This document shows positions 17,839-27,468 of a DNA stretch of 64,000 nt, one piece after another; position 1 is the stretch's first letter, and each line of letters begins with the position of its first letter. The notes beneath the pieces are model-generated. The model did no database searches. It was given only the letters and a program-made list of their open reading frames with translations, and was not told where the DNA came from. The stretch lies in assembly GCA_965232515.1 (NCBI GenBank), contig CBDDPY010000002.1, positions 5,792,001-5,856,000 of the forward strand, in the 5' to 3' direction. A program made the position numbers and the translations under genes. This DNA is from Alphaproteobacteria bacterium (lineage in GTDB: Bacteria > Pseudomonadota > Alphaproteobacteria > GCA-2731375).

Positions 17839-18822
17839 ATGGCGGTGACGCATGCCGAGTCCGGGGCGCCGTCGCGGGACGCACATCCCGATTGGTTCAC
17901 ATCGAAGAAGCCGCGCAGCCATCTGATCGTTGCGCGCTGGGTGCCGCTGGCGCTGGTCGGGCTGCCGGTGCTGACGCTGTTCGCCATCGTCGTCTATCCG
18001 ACGATCTGGATGTTCTATCACGCCTTCCAGGACACCAACATGATGCGGCTGTTCCAGGGCAACTGGAGCTTCGTCGGTTGGGAGAATTTCGGCACCGTCC
18101 TCGGCTCCGACCGGTTCACCGATTCGGTCGTGCATCTGGCGCAATACCTGCTATTCGGCTGCGCGCTGCAGGTGCTGCTCGGCACTGTGCTGGCGCTGAC
18201 GCTCTACGAGCTGGTGACGAAGAACTGGCTGCGCGTCCTGCTGCTGATCGCCATGGTGCTGCCGATGATGCTGCCGCCGTCGATCGTCGGCGTGCTCTGG
18301 AAGTTCCTGCTGACGCCGTCGAACGGCGCCATCAACCAGGCGCTGTTGAACCTGGGCCTGATCGTTGAACACATCGAATGGTTTAACGCCGGCGTTTCAC
18401 TGTGGTCGATCATCATCGCCGACGTCTGGAATTGGACCGCGCTGCCGTTGCTGATCGTCTATTCGGGCCGGGTCTCGTTGCCGCCGTCGGTCTACGAGGC
18501 CGCGCGCGTCGACGGCGCCGGGCGCTGGCTGGTGATGCGCCGCATCACGCTGCCGATGCTGAAGGAGGTGATCGCCATCGCCTTCATCATCCGCTTCATG
18601 GACGCATTCAAGTTCGTCGACCTGGTCTACGTGATGACCTCGGGCGGGCCGGCGCAGAGCTCGGAGCTGCCGGCCTATATCGCCTTCCAGCGCGGCATCC
18701 GCGAGTTCGCCATCGGCGAGGCGGCGGCCTATGCGATCATCATCTTCGCGATCTCGGCCATCCTGATCACGCTGTTCCTGAAGTACCTGAAGAAGGTGCT
18801 GAAGGCGCAGGGCATCGCCTGA
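17839..18822 (+). CDS. Carbohydrate ABC transporter permease (CUT1)
   Basis: Multiple TM segments, YEAARVDGA EAA motif, ITLPML. Confidence 0.92.
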   Translation: MAVTHAESGAPSRDAHPDWFTSKKPRSHLIVARWVPLALVGLPVLTLFAIVVYPTIWMFYHAFQDTNMMRLFQGNWSFVGWENFGTVLGSDRFTDSVVHLAQYLLFGCALQVLLGTVLALTLYELVTKNWLRVLLLIAMVLPMMLPPSIVGVLWKFLLTPSNGAINQALLNLGLIVEHIEWFNAGVSLWSIIIADVWNWTALPLLIVYSGRVSLPPSVYEAARVDGAGRWLVMRRITLPMLKEVIAIAFIIRFMDAFKFVDLVYVMTSGGPAQSSELPAYIAFQRGIREFAIGEAAAYAIIIFAISAILITLFLKYLKKVLKAQGIA

Positions 18823-18837
18823 GGACGGACGCGGGCG

Positions 18838-19677
18838 ATGAGCGAAAAGAACTACCGCCTAGTCAAGACGCTCTTGCTGATTTTTGTCGGCATCTGGCTG
18901 CTGTTCACGCTGTTCCCGTTCTATTGGCAGATCATCACCGCTTTCAAGTCGGCGGCCGAGACCAACCGCACCATCCCGACCTTCTGGCCCGAGGTCTGGC
19001 ATCCCGAGAACTTCGCCGCCGTGTTTGCCGAGCGCTCCAACTTCAGCGCGCTGGTCGACAGCTTCATCATCGCCACCGGCAACACGCTGCTGTCGTTGTT
19101 CCTGGGCACGCTCGCCGGCTACGCCTTCGCCCGCTTCCCGCGTCAGGCCGGCGGCGAGAACCTGGCCTTCTGGATCCTGTCGAACCGCATGTTCCCGCCG
19201 GTCGCCGTGCTGGTGCCGATGTTCTTCCTGTTCGACGCCACGCCCTGGGGCACCGACAGCCACCTGTCGCTGATCATCCTCTATCTCGTCTTCAACATGC
19301 CGCTGGCAACCTGGCTGATGATGGTGTTCTTCCGCGACGCGCCGCGCGAGCTGGAGGAGGCGGCCTATCTCGACGGCTACACGCCGTTCCAGGCGTTCCG
19401 CAAGGTGACGCTGCCGCTGGTGCTGCCGGGCATGATCTCGGTCGCCATGCTGTGCTGGATCTTCGCCTGGAACGAATATCTCTTCGCCAACCTGTTCGTC
19501 GGCACCGACGTCAAGACCTTCACCATCGTCATCCCGACCTTCACGCATGGCAGCCAGACGCTCTGGAACCTTCAGATGGCCTTCAGCCTGATCGCCGTGC
19601 TGCCGCCGGTCATCCTGTTCATCGTGCTGCGCCGCTATATGGTGCGCGGCCTGTCGCTCGGCGTCGTGAAGGGCTGA
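18838..19677 (+). CDS. Carbohydrate ABC transporter permease (CUT1)
   Basis: PRELEEAAYLDG, AWNEY, C-terminal VRGLSLGVVKG. Confidence 0.92.
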   Translation: MSEKNYRLVKTLLLIFVGIWLLFTLFPFYWQIITAFKSAAETNRTIPTFWPEVWHPENFAAVFAERSNFSALVDSFIIATGNTLLSLFLGTLAGYAFARFPRQAGGENLAFWILSNRMFPPVAVLVPMFFLFDATPWGTDSHLSLIILYLVFNMPLATWLMMVFFRDAPRELEEAAYLDGYTPFQAFRKVTLPLVLPGMISVAMLCWIFAWNEYLFANLFVGTDVKTFTIVIPTFTHGSQTLWNLQMAFSLIAVLPPVILFIVLRRYMVRGLSLGVVKG

Positions 19678-19682
19678 TCGCC

Positions 19683-20789
19683 ATGGGGCGTCTGGAAATC
19701 GAAGGGCTGTGCAAGGGCTGGGACTTCCCCGTCATCGATGACCTGGATCTCACCGTCGAGGAAGGCGAGTTCTTCGTCGTCGTCGGCCCGAGCGGCATCG
19801 GCAAGACCACGCTGCTGCGCCTCGTCGCCGGCCTGGAGCAGCCGGACCAGGGCCGCGTGATCGTCGGCGGCCAGGACCTGACCGGCCTGCCACCCTATCG
19901 CCGACCGGTGGCCATGACCTTCGAGAGCTATGCGCTTTACCCGCACTTGAGCGTGTTCGAAAACATCGCCAGCCCGCTGCGCGCCCGCAAGACCGACGCC
20001 GCCACGATCAAGGCCCGCGTGCACGACGTGGCGACGCTGCTGCGCATCGACCAGCTGCTCGACCGTCGTCCGGGCGAGATCTCGGGCGGCCAGAAGCAGC
20101 GGACGGCGTTGGGCCGCACGCTGGTGGCGCAGCCCGAGGTCTTCTTGCTGGACGAACCGATCAGCCATCTCGACGCCAAGATCCGCCACGAGCTGCGCTC
20201 GCAGTTCCACAGCCTCGAGGAGCTGCGCCGGGTGGCGACGCTCTATGTCACGCACGATTACGCCGAAGCCCTGTCGCTGGGCGACCGCATCGGCGTCATG
20301 GGCAATGGCGGGCTGATGCAGGTCGGCACCGCGCGCGACGTGTTCACGCGGCCGCAGAGCCTCTTCGTTGCCCAGCATCTGGGACAGCCCGGCATCAACA
20401 CCATTGCCGCGCAGCTCAGCGCCGAAAACGGCGCGCTGCAGGCGCGGGCCGGCAATGCCGGTTTCGCGTTCCCCGTCGATCCGGCGCACGCGACGGCGCT
20501 GAACGGCACCGGTGGCGGTTCGATCACCGTCGGCATCCGGCCGCAGCATATCGGCGTGCTGCTGGACGGCGAGCCGGCGCCCGACCGTCATGTGTTCGAC
20601 GCCACGGTCGAGATCTATGAGGCGCTGGGCGCCAGCGGCGTGCTGGTCGCCGACGTCGGCGGCGTCAGCCTGACGGCGCTGACCGCGCCGGAGCGCATGT
20701 TCGACCACGGCCAGCCCGTGCGTCTCGCGCTGCAGACGGGCGCCGTGTTCTATTTCGACGCCGGCAGCGGCGCCAACCTGTTGTTGTAG
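19683..20789 (+). CDS. ABC transporter ATP-binding protein (MalK-like)
   Basis: GPSGIGKTT, ISGGQKQR, LLDEP, YVTHD; the true start MGRLEIEG lies inside the 795-aa track ORF. Confidence 0.9.
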   Translation: MGRLEIEGLCKGWDFPVIDDLDLTVEEGEFFVVVGPSGIGKTTLLRLVAGLEQPDQGRVIVGGQDLTGLPPYRRPVAMTFESYALYPHLSVFENIASPLRARKTDAATIKARVHDVATLLRIDQLLDRRPGEISGGQKQRTALGRTLVAQPEVFLLDEPISHLDAKIRHELRSQFHSLEELRRVATLYVTHDYAEALSLGDRIGVMGNGGLMQVGTARDVFTRPQSLFVAQHLGQPGINTIAAQLSAENGALQARAGNAGFAFPVDPAHATALNGTGGGSITVGIRPQHIGVLLDGEPAPDRHVFDATVEIYEALGASGVLVADVGGVSLTALTAPERMFDHGQPVRLALQTGAVFYFDAGSGANLLL

Positions 20790-20794
20790 CTGAT

Positions 20795-21901
20795 ATGGCG
20801 ACGATCACGCTCAAAGACGTCAACAAGATCTACCGCTCGCGCGGGCAGGCCGTGCATGCGGTCAAGGATCTGAACATGACCGTCGCGGACGGTGAGTTCG
20901 TGGCCCTGCTGGGACCGTCCGGCTGTGGCAAGACCTCGACCTTGCGCATGATCGTCGGCCTGGAAGAGATCACGTCCGGCGACATCCACTACGACGACCG
21001 GCGGGTCAACGACCTGGAGCCGCAGGAACGCAATGTCGCCATGGCGTTCGAGACCTACGCGCTCTATCCCAACTTCACCATCGCCGAAAACCTCGGCTTT
21101 CCGCTGGAGGTCCGCGGCCTGCCGGCGGCCGAGCGCAAGAAACAGGTCGACGAGATTGCGGCGCTGCTGCGCATCGAGGACATCCTCGATCAGACGCCCG
21201 GCGCGCTATCGGGCGGACAGCAACAGCGGGTCAGCCTGGGGCGTGCGCTGATCCGCGATCCGGCCGTGTTCATCCTCGATGAGGTCATGAGCCACATCGA
21301 CGCGCATCTTAAATTCCAGATGCTGTTCGAGCTGAAGGAGATCCATCAGCGCCTCGGCAAGACCATGGTCTACGTCACCCACGACCAGGTCGAGGCGCTG
21401 GCGCTGGCGGACCGTGTCGCCGTCATGAGCAATGCGCTCCTGCAGCAGGTCGGCACGCGCAACGAGCTCTACCACACGCCCGCCAACGTCTTCGTCGCCG
21501 ACTTCATCGGCGAACCGCCGACCAACTTCTTTCCCGTCGCGCTCGACGCCAATGGCGGCCAGCCGCGGCTGCGCGCCGAGAATGCCGATCTCGTGTTCGA
21601 GCCGTCGGACGATCTTGGCCGGCGGCTGCTGGACAACGGCCAACAGCAATTCATTGTCGGCATGCGGCCGCAGAACCTGCGGCTTGGCGAGATGCCGGAT
21701 GGCCGCGCGCTCCAAGCCGAGGTGACGATCAACGAGTATCTCGGCGAGCAGACGATCCTGACGCTGCGCGATCGCGACCATGTCTTCCGCGCACTGGCGC
21801 CGCCGGAGACGGCGGTCGGACGTGGCGAGACCGTGACGCTGCGCTATCTACCTAGCGACGTCATGGTGTTCGATGCGCAATCGGAGGCGTTGATCACCTG
21901 A
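20795..21901 (+). CDS. ABC transporter ATP-binding protein (MalK-like)
   Basis: GPSGCGKTS, LSGGQQQR, ILDE, YVTHDQ. Confidence 0.92.
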   Translation: MATITLKDVNKIYRSRGQAVHAVKDLNMTVADGEFVALLGPSGCGKTSTLRMIVGLEEITSGDIHYDDRRVNDLEPQERNVAMAFETYALYPNFTIAENLGFPLEVRGLPAAERKKQVDEIAALLRIEDILDQTPGALSGGQQQRVSLGRALIRDPAVFILDEVMSHIDAHLKFQMLFELKEIHQRLGKTMVYVTHDQVEALALADRVAVMSNALLQQVGTRNELYHTPANVFVADFIGEPPTNFFPVALDANGGQPRLRAENADLVFEPSDDLGRRLLDNGQQQFIVGMRPQNLRLGEMPDGRALQAEVTINEYLGEQTILTLRDRDHVFRALAPPETAVGRGETVTLRYLPSDVMVFDAQSEALIT

Positions 21902-21985
21902 CGGCAAGACGAAAAGACCCGGCGCAGAACGCGCCCTCAGCAACGGCCGGCGACAGCCAAGGCCGAACGAAGGGAGGCAAAGACC

Positions 21986-23530
21986 ATGGGATTGTTCAAC
22001 GGTTATACCCGGCGCAAGTTCCTGAGAGGTGCCGCGGCGGGCGCCGGCGCGGCGGCGGCCGCCAGCGTGCTGCCGAGGCGGTCGCTCGCGGCGACACCGG
22101 TACCGCCCGGCAAAAAGCTGTTCAACGATATTGAGCTGACCTACTTCCAGGATTCGAACTGGCTGCATTCGCCGTTGTGGCTGTCGCCGCATCTGATGAA
22201 AGAGGCCGGCGTCGGCATCAAGAGCCGCGAGAACTATGACGGCGGCGACGCTGTCGCCAAGATCCTGCCGCAGCTGCTGTCGCGCAAGCCACGCTTCGAC
22301 TGGGTGCAGTATCCGAGCCTGTTCTTCGGCGCTTTCGCCGAAAGCGGCCAGCTCGAGCCGCTCGACGACTATCTCGCGCAGTATGAAGGCACGGACGAAT
22401 ATCTCGACTGGGTAATGCCGGCCTATCGCGAGTTCTATACCAAGTGGAGCGGCAAGACCTACGGCGTGATGCTGGACGGCGACATCCACATCCTGCACTA
22501 CCGCAAGAGCCGCTTCGAGGATCCCGAGCTGCAGAAGAAGTTTTCCAAGCGCTTCCAACGCGAACTGGAAGTACCGAAGACCTGGCTCGATTTCGTCGAC
22601 GCGACCCAGTTCTTCACCGAGGAGCTGAAGAGCCAGGGCGTCTACGGCACGTCCATGGTGGTGAACCCGCCGAACTTCGGCTGGGGGTTCTGGATGGATA
22701 TCGCGGCGTCCGCCGGAGTGAATTACTTCGACGAGAACATGAACCCGACCATCCACCTGGGCAAGGCGGCCGAGTCGCTGGATATCTACAAGGAGATCAT
22801 CAAGTTCGGCCCGCCCGGCGCCGAGGCCATGGACATCGGCACGACGATCCAGCGTTGGCAGTCCGGCGCCGACGTGATGTCGGTCTGGTGGATCGACCTG
22901 TCCGAGTTCACCGTGCAACAGCAGGGCCCGGATCTGGCCGAGGATCAGCGCGGCGCCATCGTGCCGGGCTGGAAGAACGACGACGGCTCGATCACCAACC
23001 GGGCGATCTCGCTCTGGTGCCGCACGGCCTCGATCCCAAAGAACCTTCCGCAGGACGTGAAGGACGCGGCGTTCTATTTCATCTACCGGATGTCGCATCC
23101 GGACTATTCGAACGAGATGGTGGCCGACGAGTATTGCGGCTCGGATCCGTACGGCAAATCGCATTACGGCGACGAAGCGGCGAAGCTCTATCTGCAGGCC
23201 AATCCGCAGCGCGGCACCGACAACGAGCTGTGGAAGACCAATGCCGGCATCTTCAAGAACTTCGACACGGCGAAGAACCATCTCGACGCCGGTCTCGCCA
23301 ATGTCGAGGTCGGCTACCCGCAGTTCTTCTGGGAAGGCGCGCCGGAATATGCCGACGCGCTGGGCCGGAATATCTCGAAGGCGGTGTCGGGTCAGTTGAC
23401 CAGCCAGCAGGCGCTAGACGAAGCGGCCGAGGAATGGACCAAGATCGCCCAGAAGCTGGGCCTCGACAGCCAGAAGCGGCAGTACCGCAACTTCATCGAT
23501 GGCGCGCGCAAGCTCGGCTACAAGATCTGA
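21986..23530 (+). CDS. Extracellular sugar-binding protein, Tat-exported
   Basis: TRRKFL twin-arginine signal; LEPLDDY, DGD..LHYRK, PKTW SBP_bac_1-like motifs; last gene of the ABC operon. Confidence 0.88.
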   Translation: MGLFNGYTRRKFLRGAAAGAGAAAAASVLPRRSLAATPVPPGKKLFNDIELTYFQDSNWLHSPLWLSPHLMKEAGVGIKSRENYDGGDAVAKILPQLLSRKPRFDWVQYPSLFFGAFAESGQLEPLDDYLAQYEGTDEYLDWVMPAYREFYTKWSGKTYGVMLDGDIHILHYRKSRFEDPELQKKFSKRFQRELEVPKTWLDFVDATQFFTEELKSQGVYGTSMVVNPPNFGWGFWMDIAASAGVNYFDENMNPTIHLGKAAESLDIYKEIIKFGPPGAEAMDIGTTIQRWQSGADVMSVWWIDLSEFTVQQQGPDLAEDQRGAIVPGWKNDDGSITNRAISLWCRTASIPKNLPQDVKDAAFYFIYRMSHPDYSNEMVADEYCGSDPYGKSHYGDEAAKLYLQANPQRGTDNELWKTNAGIFKNFDTAKNHLDAGLANVEVGYPQFFWEGAPEYADALGRNISKAVSGQLTSQQALDEAAEEWTKIAQKLGLDSQKRQYRNFIDGARKLGYKI

Positions 23531-23556
23531 GGCCAAGCGACGTCAATGAAACGATC

Positions 23557-23586
23557 GGGGAGGGCATGGCCCTCCCCATTTCTTTC
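23557..23586 (+). terminator. Probable intrinsic terminator
   Basis: ggggagggc-atg-gccctcccc hairpin followed by atttcttt, between convergent genes. Confidence 0.65.
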
Positions 23587-23587
23587 C

Positions 23588-25102
23588 CTACGACGGGGTC
23601 GCCTGTCGGTGCAGGATGTCGGCCATGGCCGGATAGGTGTCTCGATAGGCCTCGAAGTAGGGCCGGTAGGCGGCATGGCGGTCGGCGTCCGGCTCAATGC
23701 GCCGGGTGACTCGGACCATGGCGTCGGCGCCTGCTGCGACATTGTCGAACAAGTCCGCGCCGACGGCCGCCAGAATGGCCGAGCCCAGGCTCGGCGCGTC
23801 GGCGACGGCCGTCAGGTTGAGCGGGATGCCCGAGACGTCGGCATGGGTTTGCAACCAGAGATCGGACCGCGTGGCGCCGCCGCAGACGGCGATCTCGGCC
23901 GGCTCGAAACCGTTCTCGCGCATGGCCGCGAAAATCAGTTCGGTGCCGTAGCAGACCCCCTCTATGATGGCGCGGAAGAGGTGGGCCGGACCATGTTTCA
24001 GCGTCAGTCCCGAGATCACGCCGCGCGACAGCGGATCGGTGTAGGGCGTGCGATTGCCCTGGAAGTGGTCGAGGACGACCAGTCCTTCCGCGCCTGGCGG
24101 CAACTCGGCGGCGGCGGCGTTGAGCTGTTCGTAGGTGACGTCGTCGCCCAGCAGGTTCTTGAACCAGTTCACCACCGAGCCCGTCGACACCTGCCCGCCC
24201 TCGACCGTGTGCAGGCCGGGCATGACGGCGTCGGCATAGGTGCCCCAGATGCCCGGACCGTGAAAGGCGGCTTCGCTCAAGCCCAGATGCAGGTGCGACG
24301 AGCCGGTGATCAGCGCGAACCGCTCCGGCCGCACGACGCCCAGGCCGATCATGGCGACGAACGCATCGGCGCCGCCCTGCGCGATCGGCAGGCCAGTCGG
24401 CAGGCCCAGGTGATCGGCGGCGGCCGTCGTCAGGCCGCCAATGGTCTCGCCCAGCGCCAGCACCTCGGGCGGCAGCCTACCGGCCAGTTCCGGCATGCCG
24501 ACGGCGTCGAGCAGGCTGTCCTGAAACCCGCCGTTGCGGGAATCGTAGTGCCAGCGCACGGCCGCGTTGTTGATGCTCGCCACCCGACGGCCCGTCAGGT
24601 GGAAGGTCATGAAGTCCTGGTATTCGCAGATCGTATGCGCCGCGGCGAAGGTCTCGGGTTCGTGCGCCTTCAGCCAGGCCGCCTTCGGCAGCAGCCATTC
24701 GGCCGAGACCGGGCCGCTGCCGCCGCCGTTGATCTTCAGCGCCGGGTCGCCGCTGCCTGCGATCATCGCGGCTTCGGCGCCGGCGCGCACGTCCATCCAG
24801 ATCAGGGCCGGACGCAGCGGCTGGCCGTTCACGTCGAGCGCGACGACGCTGCAGCAGGTGGTGTCGACCGCCATGCCGGCGATGGCGTCCGGCGATACAT
24901 CGGCGTCGGCGACGGCGCGGCGGACCGACTCGGCCAGCGCGTTCCACCAGTCGGCCGGGTTCTGTTCGGCCCAGCTCGGATTCGGAAATGCTGTCTCATA
25001 GGCGGTCGAGGCAAAGGCCAACGGCGTACCGCCCAGGTCGAACACCCCGGCACGCAAGCCTTCGGTGCCGCCATCGACCCCGATAACGTAAGGACCTGTC
25101 AT
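23588..25102 (-). CDS. FGGY-family carbohydrate kinase (pentulose kinase-like)
   Basis: IGVDGGTEGLRAG, DTTCCS, WMDVRA, GGADA, FQGNRTP, GGATRS. Confidence 0.9.
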   Translation of the reverse strand: MTGPYVIGVDGGTEGLRAGVFDLGGTPLAFASTAYETAFPNPSWAEQNPADWWNALAESVRRAVADADVSPDAIAGMAVDTTCCSVVALDVNGQPLRPALIWMDVRAGAEAAMIAGSGDPALKINGGGSGPVSAEWLLPKAAWLKAHEPETFAAAHTICEYQDFMTFHLTGRRVASINNAAVRWHYDSRNGGFQDSLLDAVGMPELAGRLPPEVLALGETIGGLTTAAADHLGLPTGLPIAQGGADAFVAMIGLGVVRPERFALITGSSHLHLGLSEAAFHGPGIWGTYADAVMPGLHTVEGGQVSTGSVVNWFKNLLGDDVTYEQLNAAAAELPPGAEGLVVLDHFQGNRTPYTDPLSRGVISGLTLKHGPAHLFRAIIEGVCYGTELIFAAMRENGFEPAEIAVCGGATRSDLWLQTHADVSGIPLNLTAVADAPSLGSAILAAVGADLFDNVAAGADAMVRVTRRIEPDADRHAAYRPYFEAYRDTYPAMADILHRQATPS

Positions 25103-25179
25103 CCTGTCACTCCCCTGGGCGCCCTGTCTTTCGAGCTTGGCGCCGATTTTGGAAGCGCACATGCAGGAGCGCAACAGCC

Positions 25180-26115
25180 ATGATTGTCGTCTTCGGTTCT
25201 CTCAACGTCGATGTCGTCATGCAGGTGAATGCGCTGCCGAAACCGGGTGAGACGGTGATCGGCGGCCACTATTTCGCGGTGCAGGGCGGCAAGGGCGCCA
25301 ACCAGGCGCTGGCGGCGGCCCGCGCCGCGCCGAATAACGCGACCAAGGTGGCCATGGTCGGCCGGGTTGGGAAAGACGATTGGGGCCGGTTCGCGACCGA
25401 GCGGCTGGCCGAGGCCGGCGTCGACCTGAGCTGCGTGCAGCCGGCGGAGTCGCCGACCGGCTATGCCACGATTTGCGTGGATGCGGCCGGCGAAAACGCC
25501 ATTGCCGTCGCCAGCGGCGCCAACATGGATCTGACCGCCGAGCAGGTCGACGATGCCTGGCTGCAGTCCGGCGACTGGCTGGTCATGCAGATGGAGGTGC
25601 CGGCGGCCGAGAACTGGCGGGTCGCCGCGCACGCGAGAAGCCGGGGCGCGAAAGTGCTGTTGAATGTGGCGCCAGCCAGCGTGATCCCCGAAGAGGTTCT
25701 GGCCTCGGTGGATGTGTTGGTCGTGAACGAAATCGAGGCCGGCATGGTCGCCGGTGCGGTTGCCGGATCGCCCGACGCGGCGCAGGCGATCACGCGGGAC
25801 CTGAGCCAGCGCCACAACCTCTCTTGCATTACCACGCTCGGCGCCGACGGCGCGGTGGTCGCGTCGCCGGACGGCAGCTGGCAGATCGACGCCTTGCCGA
25901 TACAGGCCGTCGATACCACGGGCGCGGGCGACGCGTTCGTCGGGGTGCTGGCGGCATCGCTGCATGGGGGATCGGATCTGCTGTCGGCACTGCGTCGGGC
26001 TGTCGTCGGCGCGGGCCTGAGCTGCATGACCGCCGGCGCGCAATCGAGTTTTGCCGCGGCGGCCGATATCGATGGCCGGATCGACGATTTGGCGCCGCCG
26101 CGGCCGACCGCTTAG
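25180..26115 (+). CDS. rbsK: Ribokinase (PfkB family)
   Basis: GSLNVD, PKPGETV, GGKGANQA, GENAI, NEIE, DTTGAGDAFVG. Confidence 0.85.
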   Translation: MIVVFGSLNVDVVMQVNALPKPGETVIGGHYFAVQGGKGANQALAAARAAPNNATKVAMVGRVGKDDWGRFATERLAEAGVDLSCVQPAESPTGYATICVDAAGENAIAVASGANMDLTAEQVDDAWLQSGDWLVMQMEVPAAENWRVAAHARSRGAKVLLNVAPASVIPEEVLASVDVLVVNEIEAGMVAGAVAGSPDAAQAITRDLSQRHNLSCITTLGADGAVVASPDGSWQIDALPIQAVDTTGAGDAFVGVLAASLHGGSDLLSALRRAVVGAGLSCMTAGAQSSFAAAADIDGRIDDLAPPRPTA

Positions 26116-26149
26116 AGCGTCGTTGTCTGCGTGAAGGGAGGGACACCCA

Positions 26150-26587
26150 GTGCTGAAGAATATCGATCCGCTGCTGAACGCGGACCTGCTCCACGTGCTG
26201 CGCGCCATGGGGCATGGCGACGAACTGGCCATCGTCGACCGGAACTTTCCGGCGCAGTCGACGGCGCAGCGCCTGGTTCGGCTCGATGGCGTCGGCGTGG
26301 TCGAGGCGGCACGCGCGATCCTGTCGGTTTATCCCGTCGATACCTTCATCGACCCGCCGGTGTTTCGCATGGAGGTCGTGGGCGATCCGCAGACCATCCC
26401 CAACGTGCAGCGCGAGTTTCAGCAGGTGTTGAACGAAGCGGAGGGGCGCGATGTCAGAATCGGCGGCCTCGAGCGTTTCGCCTTCTATGAGCGGACACGG
26501 GACGCCTATGCCGTGGTGGCGACCAGCGAAGACCGCGGCTATGGCTGCCTTCTGTTGAGCAAGGGCATCGTGCCGGGACCGGAATGA
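26150..26587 (+). CDS. RbsD/FucU family sugar mutarotase/pyranase
   Basis: MLKNIDPLL..DLL..L..MGHGDE..IVD.NFP, ERFAFYE, VVAT.E.R.YG. Confidence 0.92.
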   Translation: MLKNIDPLLNADLLHVLRAMGHGDELAIVDRNFPAQSTAQRLVRLDGVGVVEAARAILSVYPVDTFIDPPVFRMEVVGDPQTIPNVQREFQQVLNEAEGRDVRIGGLERFAFYERTRDAYAVVATSEDRGYGCLLLSKGIVPGPE

Positions 26588-27453
26588 TGAACAAGCTGGG
26601 TGTGCATGCGCTGGTCTGGTGCGGCGGCTGGAGCGAGGCGGAAAGCGCGCGGGCGATCGGCGCCACGGCGGAGCTCGGCTACGACCTGATCGAGATTCCG
26701 CTGCTGGATCCGGCGAAGGTCGATTCGGTGCGCACGCGGCAGCAACTCGACGAGTACAAGCTCGCGGCCGTGACGTCGCTGGGCTTGAGCTTCAACGCCG
26801 ACATTTCCAGTCCCGATATCGAGGTCGTGGCGCGCGGCGAGGCGTTGCTGAATGACGCGTTGGCGGTGACCGCGGAACTGGGCGCCGACTACATGGGCGG
26901 CGTGATCTATTCGGCGCTCGGCAAGTATCCGGGGCCGCCGTTGCCCGAGGGGCGGGCAAACTGCGTGGCGGTGCTGACGCGACTCGCCGAGGCCGCCGAC
27001 CGTGCCGGCGTGACGCTGGGGCTGGAACCGGTCAACCGTTACGAGAGCAATCTGATCAATACGGGCGAACAGGCGATGGCGCTGATCGCCGACACCGGCG
27101 CCGACAACATCGTCGTGCACCTCGACAGCTATCACATGAATATCGAGGAGGGGAATCTCGCCCGCGCCGTCGAGGTCTGTGGCGACAAGCTCGGCTATGT
27201 GCATATCGGCGAGAGCCATCGGGGTTATCTCGGCTCCGGCACCATCGACTTCCCGCAGCTGTTCCGTGCCCTCGCCAAGGTTGGCTATGGCGGCGCCATC
27301 ACCTTCGAATCATTTTCGTCCGCCGTGGTCGATCCCTTGCTGTCGAACACGCTCGCCGTCTGGCGCGACGTCTGGACCGACAGCCGCGATCTGGCGGCAG
27401 AGGCAAAGCGGTACATCGAAACACAACTCGAAGCCGCGCGGCACGCGGTGTAA
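26584..27453 (+). CDS. Ketose 3-epimerase family (D-psicose/D-tagatose/L-ribulose 3-epimerase-like)
   Basis: LEPVNRYE, HLDSYHMNIEE, HIGESHRGYLGSG, FESFS, LAVWR. Confidence 0.88.
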   Translation: MMNKLGVHALVWCGGWSEAESARAIGATAELGYDLIEIPLLDPAKVDSVRTRQQLDEYKLAAVTSLGLSFNADISSPDIEVVARGEALLNDALAVTAELGADYMGGVIYSALGKYPGPPLPEGRANCVAVLTRLAEAADRAGVTLGLEPVNRYESNLINTGEQAMALIADTGADNIVVHLDSYHMNIEEGNLARAVEVCGDKLGYVHIGESHRGYLGSGTIDFPQLFRALAKVGYGGAITFESFSSAVVDPLLSNTLAVWRDVWTDSRDLAAEAKRYIETQLEAARHAV

Positions 27454-27468
27454 TCGTCGGCCCGGGCG

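Noticed and set aside
18402-20789. 795-aa ORF as a giant ABC ATPase
   Set aside because: The upstream part is a shadow frame over two permeases; the ATPase starts at 19683.
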